DNA from: Chloroflexota bacterium
Lineage (GTDB): Bacteria; Chloroflexota; Dehalococcoidia; GIF9; AB-539-J10
Assembly (NCBI GenBank): GCA_015222295.1
Contig: JADFUZ010000133.1
Location: 1 to 29,902 of the forward strand
Direction of reading: 5' to 3'
DNA length: 29,902 nt
Shown: piece after piece, positions 20,606 to 28,607 of the stretch
How positions within the stretch are numbered: the first letter of the stretch is position 1
How the letters are laid out: every line of letters starts with the position of its first letter
The notes under the pieces: generated by a model
What the model was told of the DNA's origin: nothing
Database searches by the model: none
What the model saw: only the letters and a program-made list of their open reading frames with translations
Made by a program: the position numbers and the translations under genes

Positions 20606-21742
20606 TCAGGCCAGAAGCGCTCTGGCGATCACCATCCGTTGAACCTCTGATGTCCCTTCGTATATTTGGGTGAGCTTGGCGTCACGGAAGTACCGCTGCA
20701 TCGGAGAATCCATCATATAGCCATAGCCACCGAATATCTGGATGCCCTTCACAGCCATATCCATGCACGCCTCGCTAGCGCAAAGCTTGGCCATAGCCGC
20801 CTCTTTGGAAATGCGCGCACTCTCATCATACAACGAGGCTGCCTGGTACGTGAGTAGCCTTGCTGACTGCACCTTCACAGCCATGTCCACCAACATCCAC
20901 TGAATCGCCTGGCTCTGGCTAATTGGAGCTCCGAACTGTTTCCTCTCCTTGGCGTAGTCTATTGCATGCTCCAGAATAGCTTGCCCGATGCCCACTGCCT
21001 GCGCCGCGATGCCCAATCTGCCTTCGTCCAGAGTCGCCAGACATATCCTCATCCCTTTTCCCTCAGCACCCAGCCGATTGGATTCTGGCACTCGAACATT
21101 GTCGAACACTAACTCAGTATTGGTAGCACCACGCATACCCAGTTTCTTATACTGTGGCGCTCTGCTGAATCCAGGCGTGTCGGTTTCCACAATGAAAGCT
21201 GTCATGCCACGCGGCGCCAGCGCCGGTATGCTGGCAAACACAACCACGATGTCACTAACGGGACCATTGGTGATGAATAGCTTCGACCCGTTTATGATAT
21301 ACGAATCGCCATCCCTTACCGCGGTGGTCTTAATGGCCGATATATCGCTCCCGGCCTCAGCCTCGGTGATGGCAAAAGACCCTATCTTCTCGCCTCTCGT
21401 CAGCGGCGGCAGGAACTTCCTTTTTTGTTCCTCGGTCCCGTACAAATATATGGGGCGAGCACAGAGGCTGATATGTGCGTCTATGATGTCACAGGTGGAA
21501 GCACAAGCCTTGGCGAGCTCCTCCATGACAACGACTAGGGCAATCATACTGCCTCCGGTGCCCCCATACTCGGGCGGGATTGCCATTCCCGTAAACCCCA
21601 ACTCAGCCATCTTCTTGAAGTTGTCCATGGCAAACTGTTCCGCTTCATCTACCTCAGCCGCTACGGGCTCCAGTTCCTTCTTGGCGAAACCCCGCGCCGT
21701 CGCCTGCAGCATTTTCTCCTCTTCAGTCAAATGGAAATCCAT
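20606..21742 (-). CDS. Acyl-CoA dehydrogenase (short-chain/butyryl-CoA type)
   Basis: FAITEAEAGSD, NGSKLFITNG, KKLGMRG, FGGYGY, IYEGTSEVQR with the catalytic Glu. Confidence 0.93.
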   Translation of the reverse strand: MDFHLTEEEKMLQATARGFAKKELEPVAAEVDEAEQFAMDNFKKMAELGFTGMAIPPEYGGTGGSMIALVVVMEELAKACASTCDIIDAHISLCARPIYLYGTEEQKRKFLPPLTRGEKIGSFAITEAEAGSDISAIKTTAVRDGDSYIINGSKLFITNGPVSDIVVVFASIPALAPRGMTAFIVETDTPGFSRAPQYKKLGMRGATNTELVFDNVRVPESNRLGAEGKGMRICLATLDEGRLGIAAQAVGIGQAILEHAIDYAKERKQFGAPISQSQAIQWMLVDMAVKVQSARLLTYQAASLYDESARISKEAAMAKLCASEACMDMAVKGIQIFGGYGYMMDSPMQRYFRDAKLTQIYEGTSEVQRMVIARALLA

Positions 21743-21826
21743 AGCCCTTGCCTCCTTCTATCCGTCTATCCGGCCCGTGCCTCACAGTTGCCCACCAGGA
21801 CTCCTTGCTCTCGGCTCTCTCTCGTC

Positions 21827-22630
21827 CTAGCTCTCCGTCGAAAACCTGGGCTGTCTCTTCTCTCTGAAAGCCCGCAATCCTTCCTCGAAATCATTGTTGC
21901 CAGCATAGAATGCTGCCACAAGTTCGGCCTCAACTCCACATAAGTCGTACATCTTTGCTGTGGTGGCCGCGTTGACCATTCTCTTGACCAGTCTGATCGC
22001 CGTCGGACCCTTCGCCGCGATACTCCTGGCCATATCCAGTGAAGCATCCATGAGTTCCTCATGGGGCACAACCTTATTCGCCAGTCCGATAGTCAACGCT
22101 TCTTGTGCACCTACTTTCTCGCAAGTCATGATCATCCTCTTGGCATTGGAGGGACCAACGAGGGCAAGAAGACTATACAGGCAGCTATTCGAGTAGGGGA
22201 TACCCAGGCTGGTCTCAGGAATACTGAAGTACGCTTCCTCGGACGCAATCCTGAAATCGCAATTCGTCACTATGCACAGTCCTAGCCCAATACATGGGCC
22301 ATTGACTGCGGCAATTGTCACCTGATGCAGGTTTTCCAGACTCCGCACGATATCCTGCCCATTCTGCTGGTAAAGTCTTTCGTTGGCTTGCTGAGGCCTC
22401 TTGTACCACCCGTCTCTTCCCTCCTCGCTTACGTCAATCCCGGCGCAGAATGCCCTCCCCGCCCCCGTGAATATCACTAGGCGCGTCTCCAGGTCCACTC
22501 TCAGATTATCAATCAGTTCTTTGAAGTCGAAGAGATACGACAAGGTAAAGGCATTGAGTTTCTCCGGGCGGTTTATGGTCACTGTGGCAATCGGCCCCGA
22601 CTTCTCCACTACGAAGCTTTCTTCCTCCAT
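21827..22630 (-). CDS. Enoyl-CoA hydratase/isomerase (crotonase superfamily)
   Basis: TINRPEKLNAF, FCAGID, AVNGPCIGLG, CDFRIA, IPETSLG, AFREKRQPRF; ATG at 22630 behind AAGGAG. Confidence 0.92.
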   Translation of the reverse strand: MEEESFVVEKSGPIATVTINRPEKLNAFTLSYLFDFKELIDNLRVDLETRLVIFTGAGRAFCAGIDVSEEGRDGWYKRPQQANERLYQQNGQDIVRSLENLHQVTIAAVNGPCIGLGLCIVTNCDFRIASEEAYFSIPETSLGIPYSNSCLYSLLALVGPSNAKRMIMTCEKVGAQEALTIGLANKVVPHEELMDASLDMARSIAAKGPTAIRLVKRMVNAATTAKMYDLCGVEAELVAAFYAGNNDFEEGLRAFREKRQPRFSTES

Positions 22631-22691
22631 CTTGTTCTCCTTTGGCAACTCCCAGCCCGGCAAGCGTTGCTCCGGGCTCCCCCTTCTCACG

Positions 22692-22705
22692 AGCGTAGCT
22701 ACGCT
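22692..22705. repeat. Perfect 14-bp palindrome AGCGTAGCTACGCT in a divergent intergenic region
   Basis: Directly visible; equals its own reverse complement; function unknown. Confidence 0.5.
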
Positions 22706-22830
22706 GCTCCCCTTTGAGCTTCGAATTGAATCACAAATCACACCCTATGTCCATTCAGCAGCAGGTACGCCATCGCTTGACACCTTTCTCAGCCATCTGT
22801 CTTGCCGCCAAGCACCGGGCCCCAGATGCT

Positions 22831-22859
22831 TTGACGGGACGCACCAAAAGTGCTAGCTT
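22831..22859 (+). promoter_or_regulatory. Putative sigma70 promoter for the 22957 gene
   Basis: TTGACG, 17 nt, TAGCTT, with TG-c extended -10. Confidence 0.5.
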
Positions 22860-22956
22860 ACTGGCAAGCGGGAGTTAATTGCAGTCGTTACAGGGATTGC
22901 CCTGGAGCTTGGTGCCCAGGACGCTACCAGAATCTCAGGACAGGAGGCATGAACTA

Positions 22957-23532
22957 ATGAGTCGAAGAGTGGAGAAAAACTATGAGCACGGCACGCATAT
23001 CGCAGAATTCGTGGATGAGCTCTCACCCCTGGGAGAAGACCGGAAGACAATCTTTCTGCCCGATACAGGGATTGACAGAATGGTTGAATTAGGTGGCCGT
23101 ACCCTGGGAATATTCCTGTCCGAAATCATGTCTCCCCTGGCTGCGAAGTTTGGTGATGAGGTCTGGGAAGTTGCTAGGAAAGCGATGTACGAAGTTGGCC
23201 GCCGGCGCGCGCCAAGTCTGGTGCGAACCATGAAAATCAACGACCTCAACGACGCTCGCTGCCTGGGAAGGATAATGGACATTGAGGACAGCAACTCCGG
23301 CGTGAGGGGCGAGTGGATTGAGACCGGCAAGAAGAGAGCGGTGAAGCATGAGTATGAATGCTCTCAGGCCAAGCCATATGAGAAATGCCCTCAGGTGTGC
23401 AGCATACTTCTTGAGGCTATGGAAGAGGGCACTTTCGACGCCCTGGGTGTCAAAGTCAGGAAACCCCTCATCACCAAGATACTGCCAGCGGGCGACCCAT
23501 ACTGTGAGGTAGTTGTTGAGTTGGAGGACTGA
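22957..23532 (+). CDS. Uncharacterised Cys-containing protein, L-2-amino-thiazoline-4-carboxylate hydrolase/V4R-like
   Basis: ATG 9 nt after GGAGG; C-terminal ECSQ...KCPQVC...KILPAGDPYCEVVV resembles the ATC-hydrolase/V4R-like pattern ending in GD-x-x-C. Confidence 0.6.
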   Translation: MSRRVEKNYEHGTHIAEFVDELSPLGEDRKTIFLPDTGIDRMVELGGRTLGIFLSEIMSPLAAKFGDEVWEVARKAMYEVGRRRAPSLVRTMKINDLNDARCLGRIMDIEDSNSGVRGEWIETGKKRAVKHEYECSQAKPYEKCPQVCSILLEAMEEGTFDALGVKVRKPLITKILPAGDPYCEVVVELED

Positions 23533-23603
23533 ACGCAAGAGGAAACACAGAAACCGGCAAGTACCAGGCTATCCTCTACGAACGATTGACCCGAGGGGGG
23601 GGG

Positions 23604-24104
23604 TCAGGTGGGGTTTTCCTTTTCCATTATTATCTCGCCGGCTATTCGAGCTGCCTTCCCAGGCGGGACACGGCATTTCTGGTAACCCCCAGACTCCTCA
23701 AACTCCCTGGACTCAGCAGGGTCCGCCAAGTCGAAGCTTCTGCCACACTGCAGTTTGACAATATCACGGCACATCATACTGCCAAACTCCTTCTCAAACC
23801 TGCGGCAGAATCTTCTTGCTGGCCTGATTGCTCTCAGGAATCCCTCCCAGTCATCTAGGCTTTCCCGCCCATACGCTAACCCAATGGCCATAAGCCCACC
23901 GATTACTGCTCCGCAGGTCTCCCCCCTTAGAGCAATGCCAGGCATAGCCGTAGCCGCCTTGAATGTCAATTCATCACCCAGATGGAATTGCTCTTGAAGC
24001 GCCAGGAGGCATCCTTGAGCGCAGCAACCTGACCTTTCTTCATAATCCCCTGCTCTTTCTTCGAGTTGATTGAGGGTTTCTTCTCTCAAGCCTTCATCTG
24101 ACAT
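23604..24104 (-). CDS. C_GCAxxG_C_C family putative redox-active protein
   Basis: GCCAQG, GETCGAVIGG, MCRDI, QKC motif order; ATG at 24104 behind AAGGAGG. Confidence 0.9.
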   Translation of the reverse strand: MSDEGLREETLNQLEERAGDYEERSGCCAQGCLLALQEQFHLGDELTFKAATAMPGIALRGETCGAVIGGLMAIGLAYGRESLDDWEGFLRAIRPARRFCRRFEKEFGSMMCRDIVKLQCGRSFDLADPAESREFEESGGYQKCRVPPGKAARIAGEIIMEKENPT

Positions 24105-24168
24105 TCTGCCATCCTCCTTCTGCCAAATCACAATGGTCTGGCGTGCTATTCCCCTCGGCCCGCCGCCA

Positions 24169-24197
24169 AGCATGGCTGAAACTCCGGTTTTTTTCAA
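24169..24197 (-). promoter_or_regulatory. Possible sigma70 promoter for the C_GCAxxG_C_C gene
   Basis: Minus strand TTGAAA, 17 nt, CATGCT; the -10 is weak. Confidence 0.3.
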
Positions 24198-24325
24198 GCT
24201 TCCGCTCCCGTCCAGCACACCTTGAACATGACGTTCTCTTCCAGCCTGTCCCTTCACAGCCACATCAGCGCCGGCCAACCCGCCTTGTCCGAAGCCTGAC
24301 CTGGGCTTACAGAGCACCCGAGATG

Positions 24326-24355
24326 TTGACACGGCCACGCGAAAAGATGTAGGGT
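24326..24355 (+). promoter_or_regulatory. Possible sigma70 promoter for the DUF5679-like gene and ino1
   Basis: TTGACA (24326-24331), 18 nt, TAGGGT. Confidence 0.4.
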
Positions 24356-24391
24356 AGTTTCGTTGCTTGGCAGAGAAAGGAGGCAGTTGTA

Positions 24392-24532
24392 ATGCAGGCC
24401 TATTGTTTTAAGTGCCGAAGAAAGACCGAGATAAGGAACGCGGAACAGGTTACTCTGAGAAATGGGAGGCCGGCGGTTCGTGGCGCTTGCTCGTCGTGCG
24501 GAACAAAGGTCTTCAGAATAGGCAAGGGTTGA
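24392..24532 (+). CDS. DUF5679-like small zinc-ribbon protein, 46 aa
   Basis: Read by hand: MQAYCFKCRRKTEIRNAEQVTLRNGRPAVRGACSSCGTKVFRIGKG; strong SD AAAGGAGG; YCxKC...NGR...GxCxxCGTKxFRI pattern; absent from the ORF track. Confidence 0.88.
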   Translation: MQAYCFKCRRKTEIRNAEQVTLRNGRPAVRGACSSCGTKVFRIGKG

Positions 24533-24658
24533 GACCTCTATCACGGTGCGGAGCGGAGTTGGTGGGGCATCTCTTCCTGGTGGGGTGAGGAACTCGGTAG
24601 CGGGTACGGACACAGGGCGGACAGTCTTTTCAGCAACAACAAGGAGGGAGAATTTACT

Positions 24659-25783
24659 ATGGAAAGAATCAACGTAGCTATCATAGGTGCAGGCAATTGT
24701 GCCTCTTCGCTGGTTCAAGGCGTTCACTACTATGCAAATGCCAAGGAAGATGAATTTGTTCCTGGCCTGATGCACGTCAATCTGGGAGGTTATCACATAT
24801 CCGACATCAAATTTGTGGCTGCATTTGATATTGACAAGAACAAGGTCGGCCAGGACTTATCCACTGCGATTTTCACCCCACCCAACAATACCTTCAAGTT
24901 CTGCGATGTACCCGAGACTGGTGTTACAATCCGCCGCGGCATGACCCACGACAGCCTGGGCAAGTACCTGTCTCAAATCATCACCAAGGCACCAGGCCCA
25001 ACCGCGGACATAGTACGGATCCTTAAGGAGACTGAAACTGACGTGGTGATTAACTACTTGCCAGTTGGCAGTGAGGAGGCGACCAAGTGGTACGTGGAAC
25101 AAGTGCTGCAAGCCGGCTGCGCCTTCATAAACTGCATGCCCGTGTTCATTGCTCGTGAGCCTTACTGGCAGAATCGATTCGCCGAGTATGGACTGCCGAC
25201 TATTGGCGACGACATCAAGTCTCAGGTAGGTGCTACTATCACCCATCGTGTGCTGACCAGGCTTTTCCGAGACCGGGGCGTTCGATTGGAGCGAACCTAC
25301 CAGTTGAACTTCGGTGGCAATATGGATTTCTATAACATGCTTGAGCGAGAACGTCTGGAGTCTAAGAGGATCTCCAAGACGAATGCCGTCACGTCTCAGT
25401 TGGACTACGACCTCGGAGCTGACAACATCCACGTTGGCCCCAGCGACTATGTTCCCTGGTTGGCTGACCGCAAGTTCTGCCACATCAAGATGGAAGGCCG
25501 CACCTTCGGCGATGTCCCGCTGAACCTGGAACTGAAGATGGAGGTATGGGACAGTCCCAATTCGGCCGGCGTGGTTATTGACGCCATAAGATGTTGCAAA
25601 CTGGCCCTGAACCGGGGCCTCAGTGGAACGATTGTGGCGCCTGCGGCCTACTTCATGAAATCTCCGCCAGTCCAGTATTCTGACGACGAAGCTCGTTCCA
25701 AAACCGAAGCTTTCATCACAGGAGAGGAGCAGGGAGAACCCATCTCATTGCCTCAGCCATGGCTAGCCGAGATCAGGATATGA
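24659..25783 (+). CDS. ino1: Myo-inositol-1-phosphate synthase (inositol-3-phosphate synthase)
   Basis: Rossmann [53 protein letters not shown]. Confidence 0.96.
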   Translation: MERINVAIIGAGNCASSLVQGVHYYANAKEDEFVPGLMHVNLGGYHISDIKFVAAFDIDKNKVGQDLSTAIFTPPNNTFKFCDVPETGVTIRRGMTHDSLGKYLSQIITKAPGPTADIVRILKETETDVVINYLPVGSEEATKWYVEQVLQAGCAFINCMPVFIAREPYWQNRFAEYGLPTIGDDIKSQVGATITHRVLTRLFRDRGVRLERTYQLNFGGNMDFYNMLERERLESKRISKTNAVTSQLDYDLGADNIHVGPSDYVPWLADRKFCHIKMEGRTFGDVPLNLELKMEVWDSPNSAGVVIDAIRCCKLALNRGLSGTIVAPAAYFMKSPPVQYSDDEARSKTEAFITGEEQGEPISLPQPWLAEIRI

Positions 25784-25910
25784 ACCGCTTTCTCGGCAAA
25801 GCAGCAACAGCCTCTAGCAGGGCACGCTAGGAACATAAGACTAACTTGTGTTCTCTTGCCCGGTGAAACCCGAATGAATAGCAGAACCGGGCGAGGCACG
25901 GTGAGTCACC

Positions 25911-27005
25911 ATGATTACCCTGATAGTGACAACGGATTCTGGAGCAGTGGATCTCTACTCCCAGAAACTTGCAGAGAACCTGGACGTCCCCAAGGTCTAT
26001 ACCGATATTTATACGCGCATCCGCGAGAGATTCAATATCTCTTGGTTCTCAAGAGAAGCACTCGCGCCTATCTCAGAGGACTGGAATTTCGTAAGGATGC
26101 TTAACAGGCTTGGCGGCATAGTTCACTTGCCCAATCAACACTTGGGGCGCTACGGCAATCTGTTGAAGCTGCCCTACATCATAACCGTGCACGATATCAT
26201 CAGGTACTTGGACCTCAAAGGATACAGCACCTACATCCACCGCCCCAATCTCAGGGACAGGTTCTACTTCAGCCTTGACTACCGGGGCATCAGCAAGGCA
26301 GCGAAGATTATCGCGGTGTCTGAAGCCACCAAGAGAGACCTCACGCATCACCTCGGAATACCTGACCGGCAGATAAGCGTCGTTTACCCTGGTGTTGACC
26401 ACGCAATTTTCAGGCCATCGCCCCAGGCAAGTAGACTCAAGCATCCCTATGTTCTCTTCGTTGGCTCGGAGCATCCAAGGAAGAACCTGTTCACCTTGCT
26501 CAGCGCCTTCAAGAAGCTTAAGGGTCAACCGGGATTTGAGAATCTGAAGTTGGTCAAACTGGGGAAGGCCGGTGGGCCAGAGAGGGACTTCAGAGGAGAG
26601 ACCATGGGGACCATAAGGCGCCTCAGATTGGACCAACAGGTGGTATTCGTCCAGGATGTTTCCGTGGAGGACCTGGCAGGGTACTACCGTGGCGCTGAGT
26701 GCTTCGCTTTCCCTTCCCTTTACGAAGGTTTCGGCTTCCCCCCCCTGGAAGCAATGGCTTGCGGCTGCCCGGTGATAAGCTCCGATAGTTCGTCCTTGCC
26801 CGAAGTTGTGGGTCAAGCTGCCATCAAGGTTTCCCCTCGTGATGCGGGGGCGCTGGCAGACGCCCTGAATAAGATCCTTACCGACCGTGCGCTCAGGGAA
26901 AGCCTTATTGCCAAGGGAGCAACTCAAGCTGCCAAGTTCTCGTGGCAGCAGACGGCAGAGAGGACCCTCGAGGTCTACGAAGAGGTAGAGGCAAGCTTCA
27001 GATGA
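25911..27005 (+). CDS. GT4 family glycosyltransferase (GT-B fold, MtfB-like)
   Basis: [44 protein letters not shown] (E-x7-E). Confidence 0.93.
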   Translation: MITLIVTTDSGAVDLYSQKLAENLDVPKVYTDIYTRIRERFNISWFSREALAPISEDWNFVRMLNRLGGIVHLPNQHLGRYGNLLKLPYIITVHDIIRYLDLKGYSTYIHRPNLRDRFYFSLDYRGISKAAKIIAVSEATKRDLTHHLGIPDRQISVVYPGVDHAIFRPSPQASRLKHPYVLFVGSEHPRKNLFTLLSAFKKLKGQPGFENLKLVKLGKAGGPERDFRGETMGTIRRLRLDQQVVFVQDVSVEDLAGYYRGAECFAFPSLYEGFGFPPLEAMACGCPVISSDSSSLPEVVGQAAIKVSPRDAGALADALNKILTDRALRESLIAKGATQAAKFSWQQTAERTLEVYEEVEASFR

Positions 27006-27096
27006 GCCTCCTCGAGCGTCTGCCTGGCCGTCTTCTCGGAACGACCACAGCCCAAAACCTCCCTCCCCATTCGGGAGCCTAGCACAAGGAGACAAG

Positions 27097-28002
27097 TTGG
27101 TACAGATCTCCCTTTCTACGATGTGGGCCAAGGACAGGTTTGCCAACCTTGCGGAATTCGTAGCCAAGGCCAGGCAACTGGGCTTCACCCACGTGGAAGC
27201 AAATGCCACGGTTTCCCCCCAGGGGCTGGAAGAGCTTCTCCAGACTGGCTTTCCTATTTCGAGCATCCATTCTCCCTGTCCCGCGGTATCGTCATCAAGA
27301 GGAATCCCGACAGCCAACCTTTCTCTGAGCTCCCTGGACAGAAGTGAGCAGGAAGAGGCAATCGATCATGCTGCGAAAACGATAGATCTTGCCTCCAAGG
27401 TGGGTGCAAACGCCGTGGTTCTCCACATGGGAGAACTGCCAATTGCCCTCCGTCTGGAGCATGAGCTGCGTCAGCTTTATCGGCAGAATCTTGCCAAGAC
27501 CACGACGTACAGCGAGCTTAGAGAACAGCTCAGCCATCAGCGAGCCTGTGAAGCCCCACCTTACCTTGAACAAGCGAAAAAAAGCCTCCAACGACTCAGT
27601 GAATATGCTGAGCATCGAGCTGTGTTGCTCGGACTTGAGACCAGGGTTCACTTCAGTGAGATACCCAGCATCAAGGAGATGTCAGAGCTGCTCGGCGAGA
27701 CCAGGAGGGAATCCGTTGGCTACTGGCACGATGTGGGACATGCTGAAATGCAGCAGCGACTTGGCTTCGTTCCGCACGAGGCTTGGTTTTCGCAGTTCGA
27801 ATGTGAGATGATTGGCGTGCACCTCCACGACGTTCTTGGGATTTCCGATCACCGCCCCCCGGGCAAAGGGGATGTAAATTGGGAGATGATTGTCAAGAAC
27901 CTGCCCCCACAGGCAATCAGAGTTTGCGAGATTGCTGAGTGGAATGAGGAAAGCGACATTCAGGGCGTGGTCAGCTTCCTGAAGAAGACGGGGATTCTAT
28001 AG
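27097..28002 (+). CDS. Sugar phosphate isomerase/epimerase (xylose-isomerase-like TIM barrel)
   Basis: Metal-site pattern LGLET, WHDVGH, VHLHD...DHRPPGKG, VCEI; TTG start behind AAGGAG. Confidence 0.85.
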   Translation: MVQISLSTMWAKDRFANLAEFVAKARQLGFTHVEANATVSPQGLEELLQTGFPISSIHSPCPAVSSSRGIPTANLSLSSLDRSEQEEAIDHAAKTIDLASKVGANAVVLHMGELPIALRLEHELRQLYRQNLAKTTTYSELREQLSHQRACEAPPYLEQAKKSLQRLSEYAEHRAVLLGLETRVHFSEIPSIKEMSELLGETRRESVGYWHDVGHAEMQQRLGFVPHEAWFSQFECEMIGVHLHDVLGISDHRPPGKGDVNWEMIVKNLPPQAIRVCEIAEWNEESDIQGVVSFLKKTGIL

Positions 28003-28011
28003 GGCAGAGTC

Positions 28012-28596
28012 ATGGTTGATCTGGTGAGCATTCGAAGAACCGCCGGCTCACGCATCGCCGGCCCAATCGTAGGAGTCCTGAGCCGAACCGGCATAAGCCC
28101 CAACGCTGTCACGTCGCTGAGCCTAGCCCTGAGTGTCGCCACAGCCGGCTTGGTTGCTACCGGGCACTTCCTTCTCGGCGGACTGCTGGTCCTGGTGTCT
28201 GGGCTCTGCGATCTTCTGGACGGAGCCCTGGCCCGCTCTACCAAGAGAACCACAAGGTTCGGAGCCATCCTGGATTCTACAGTCGACCGCGCCTCCGAAG
28301 CCATAGTGTTTTGCGGCCTCCTGATCTGGTATCTGCCACGCGGAGCCGCCCTGGTACCCGTGCTCATTCTTGTCGCCCTCATTGCCTCCTTTCTCGTCAG
28401 CTACATAAGGGCCAGAGCAGAAGGTCTGGGCTTGCAGTGCCAGGTAGGTTTGTTTACTAGAGCCGAGAGAGTTATAGTATTGGCCGTAGGCCTACTTGTG
28501 GATCAAGTCATTATCGCTTTGTGGGTTCTGGTGGTCTTCGCGTGTGTGACCGTAGCTCAAAGGCTCCTCTACTTGTGGAAGCAAGGGAATTCCTAG
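28012..28596 (+). CDS. CDP-alcohol phosphatidyltransferase, phosphatidylinositol phosphate synthase-like
   Basis: DLLDGALAR...FGAILDSTVDR CDP-AP motif, plus SYIRARAEGLG...TRAER seen in actinobacterial/archaeal PIP synthases; hydrophobic. Confidence 0.88.
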   Translation: MVDLVSIRRTAGSRIAGPIVGVLSRTGISPNAVTSLSLALSVATAGLVATGHFLLGGLLVLVSGLCDLLDGALARSTKRTTRFGAILDSTVDRASEAIVFCGLLIWYLPRGAALVPVLILVALIASFLVSYIRARAEGLGLQCQVGLFTRAERVIVLAVGLLVDQVIIALWVLVVFACVTVAQRLLYLWKQGNS

Positions 28597-28607
28597 GAGG
28601 GATATAG

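Noticed and set aside
20428-20606. 8-bp inverted repeats (ATTGCCAC/GTGGCAAT) flanking the spacer between the dehydrogenase and dehydratase genes, as a possible MITE; also a ~40-aa CTG/GTG-start ORF there
   Set aside because: The repeat is short enough to arise by chance, with no target-site duplication or second copy; the ORF has poor SD spacing and no motif.
22949-22957. ATG-AAC-TAA mini-ORF overlapping the 22957 start
   Set aside because: Its ATG is only 1 nt from the SD, so initiation is unlikely; probably chance.
23587-23606. G9 homopolymer within a TGACCC/GGGTCA hairpin
   Set aside because: It lies just outside the coding sequence between convergent genes, so it gives no phase-variation effect; at most a weak terminator-like stem without a U-tract.
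24533-24658. G-rich ino1 leader with two GGTGGGG copies, as a possible G-quadruplex or riboswitch
   Set aside because: Only two runs of three or more G's in the repeat region and no recognisable riboswitch consensus.
25781-25900. ino1 TGA followed by hairpins, as possible selenocysteine readthrough
   Set aside because: Ino1 is already complete, the readthrough frame is not in frame with the GT4 gene, and no Cys-equivalent position is involved.
26073-27317. 414-aa minus-strand ORF
   Set aside because: Antisense to the GT4 and isomerase genes, which have clear family motifs; no domain signal of its own.
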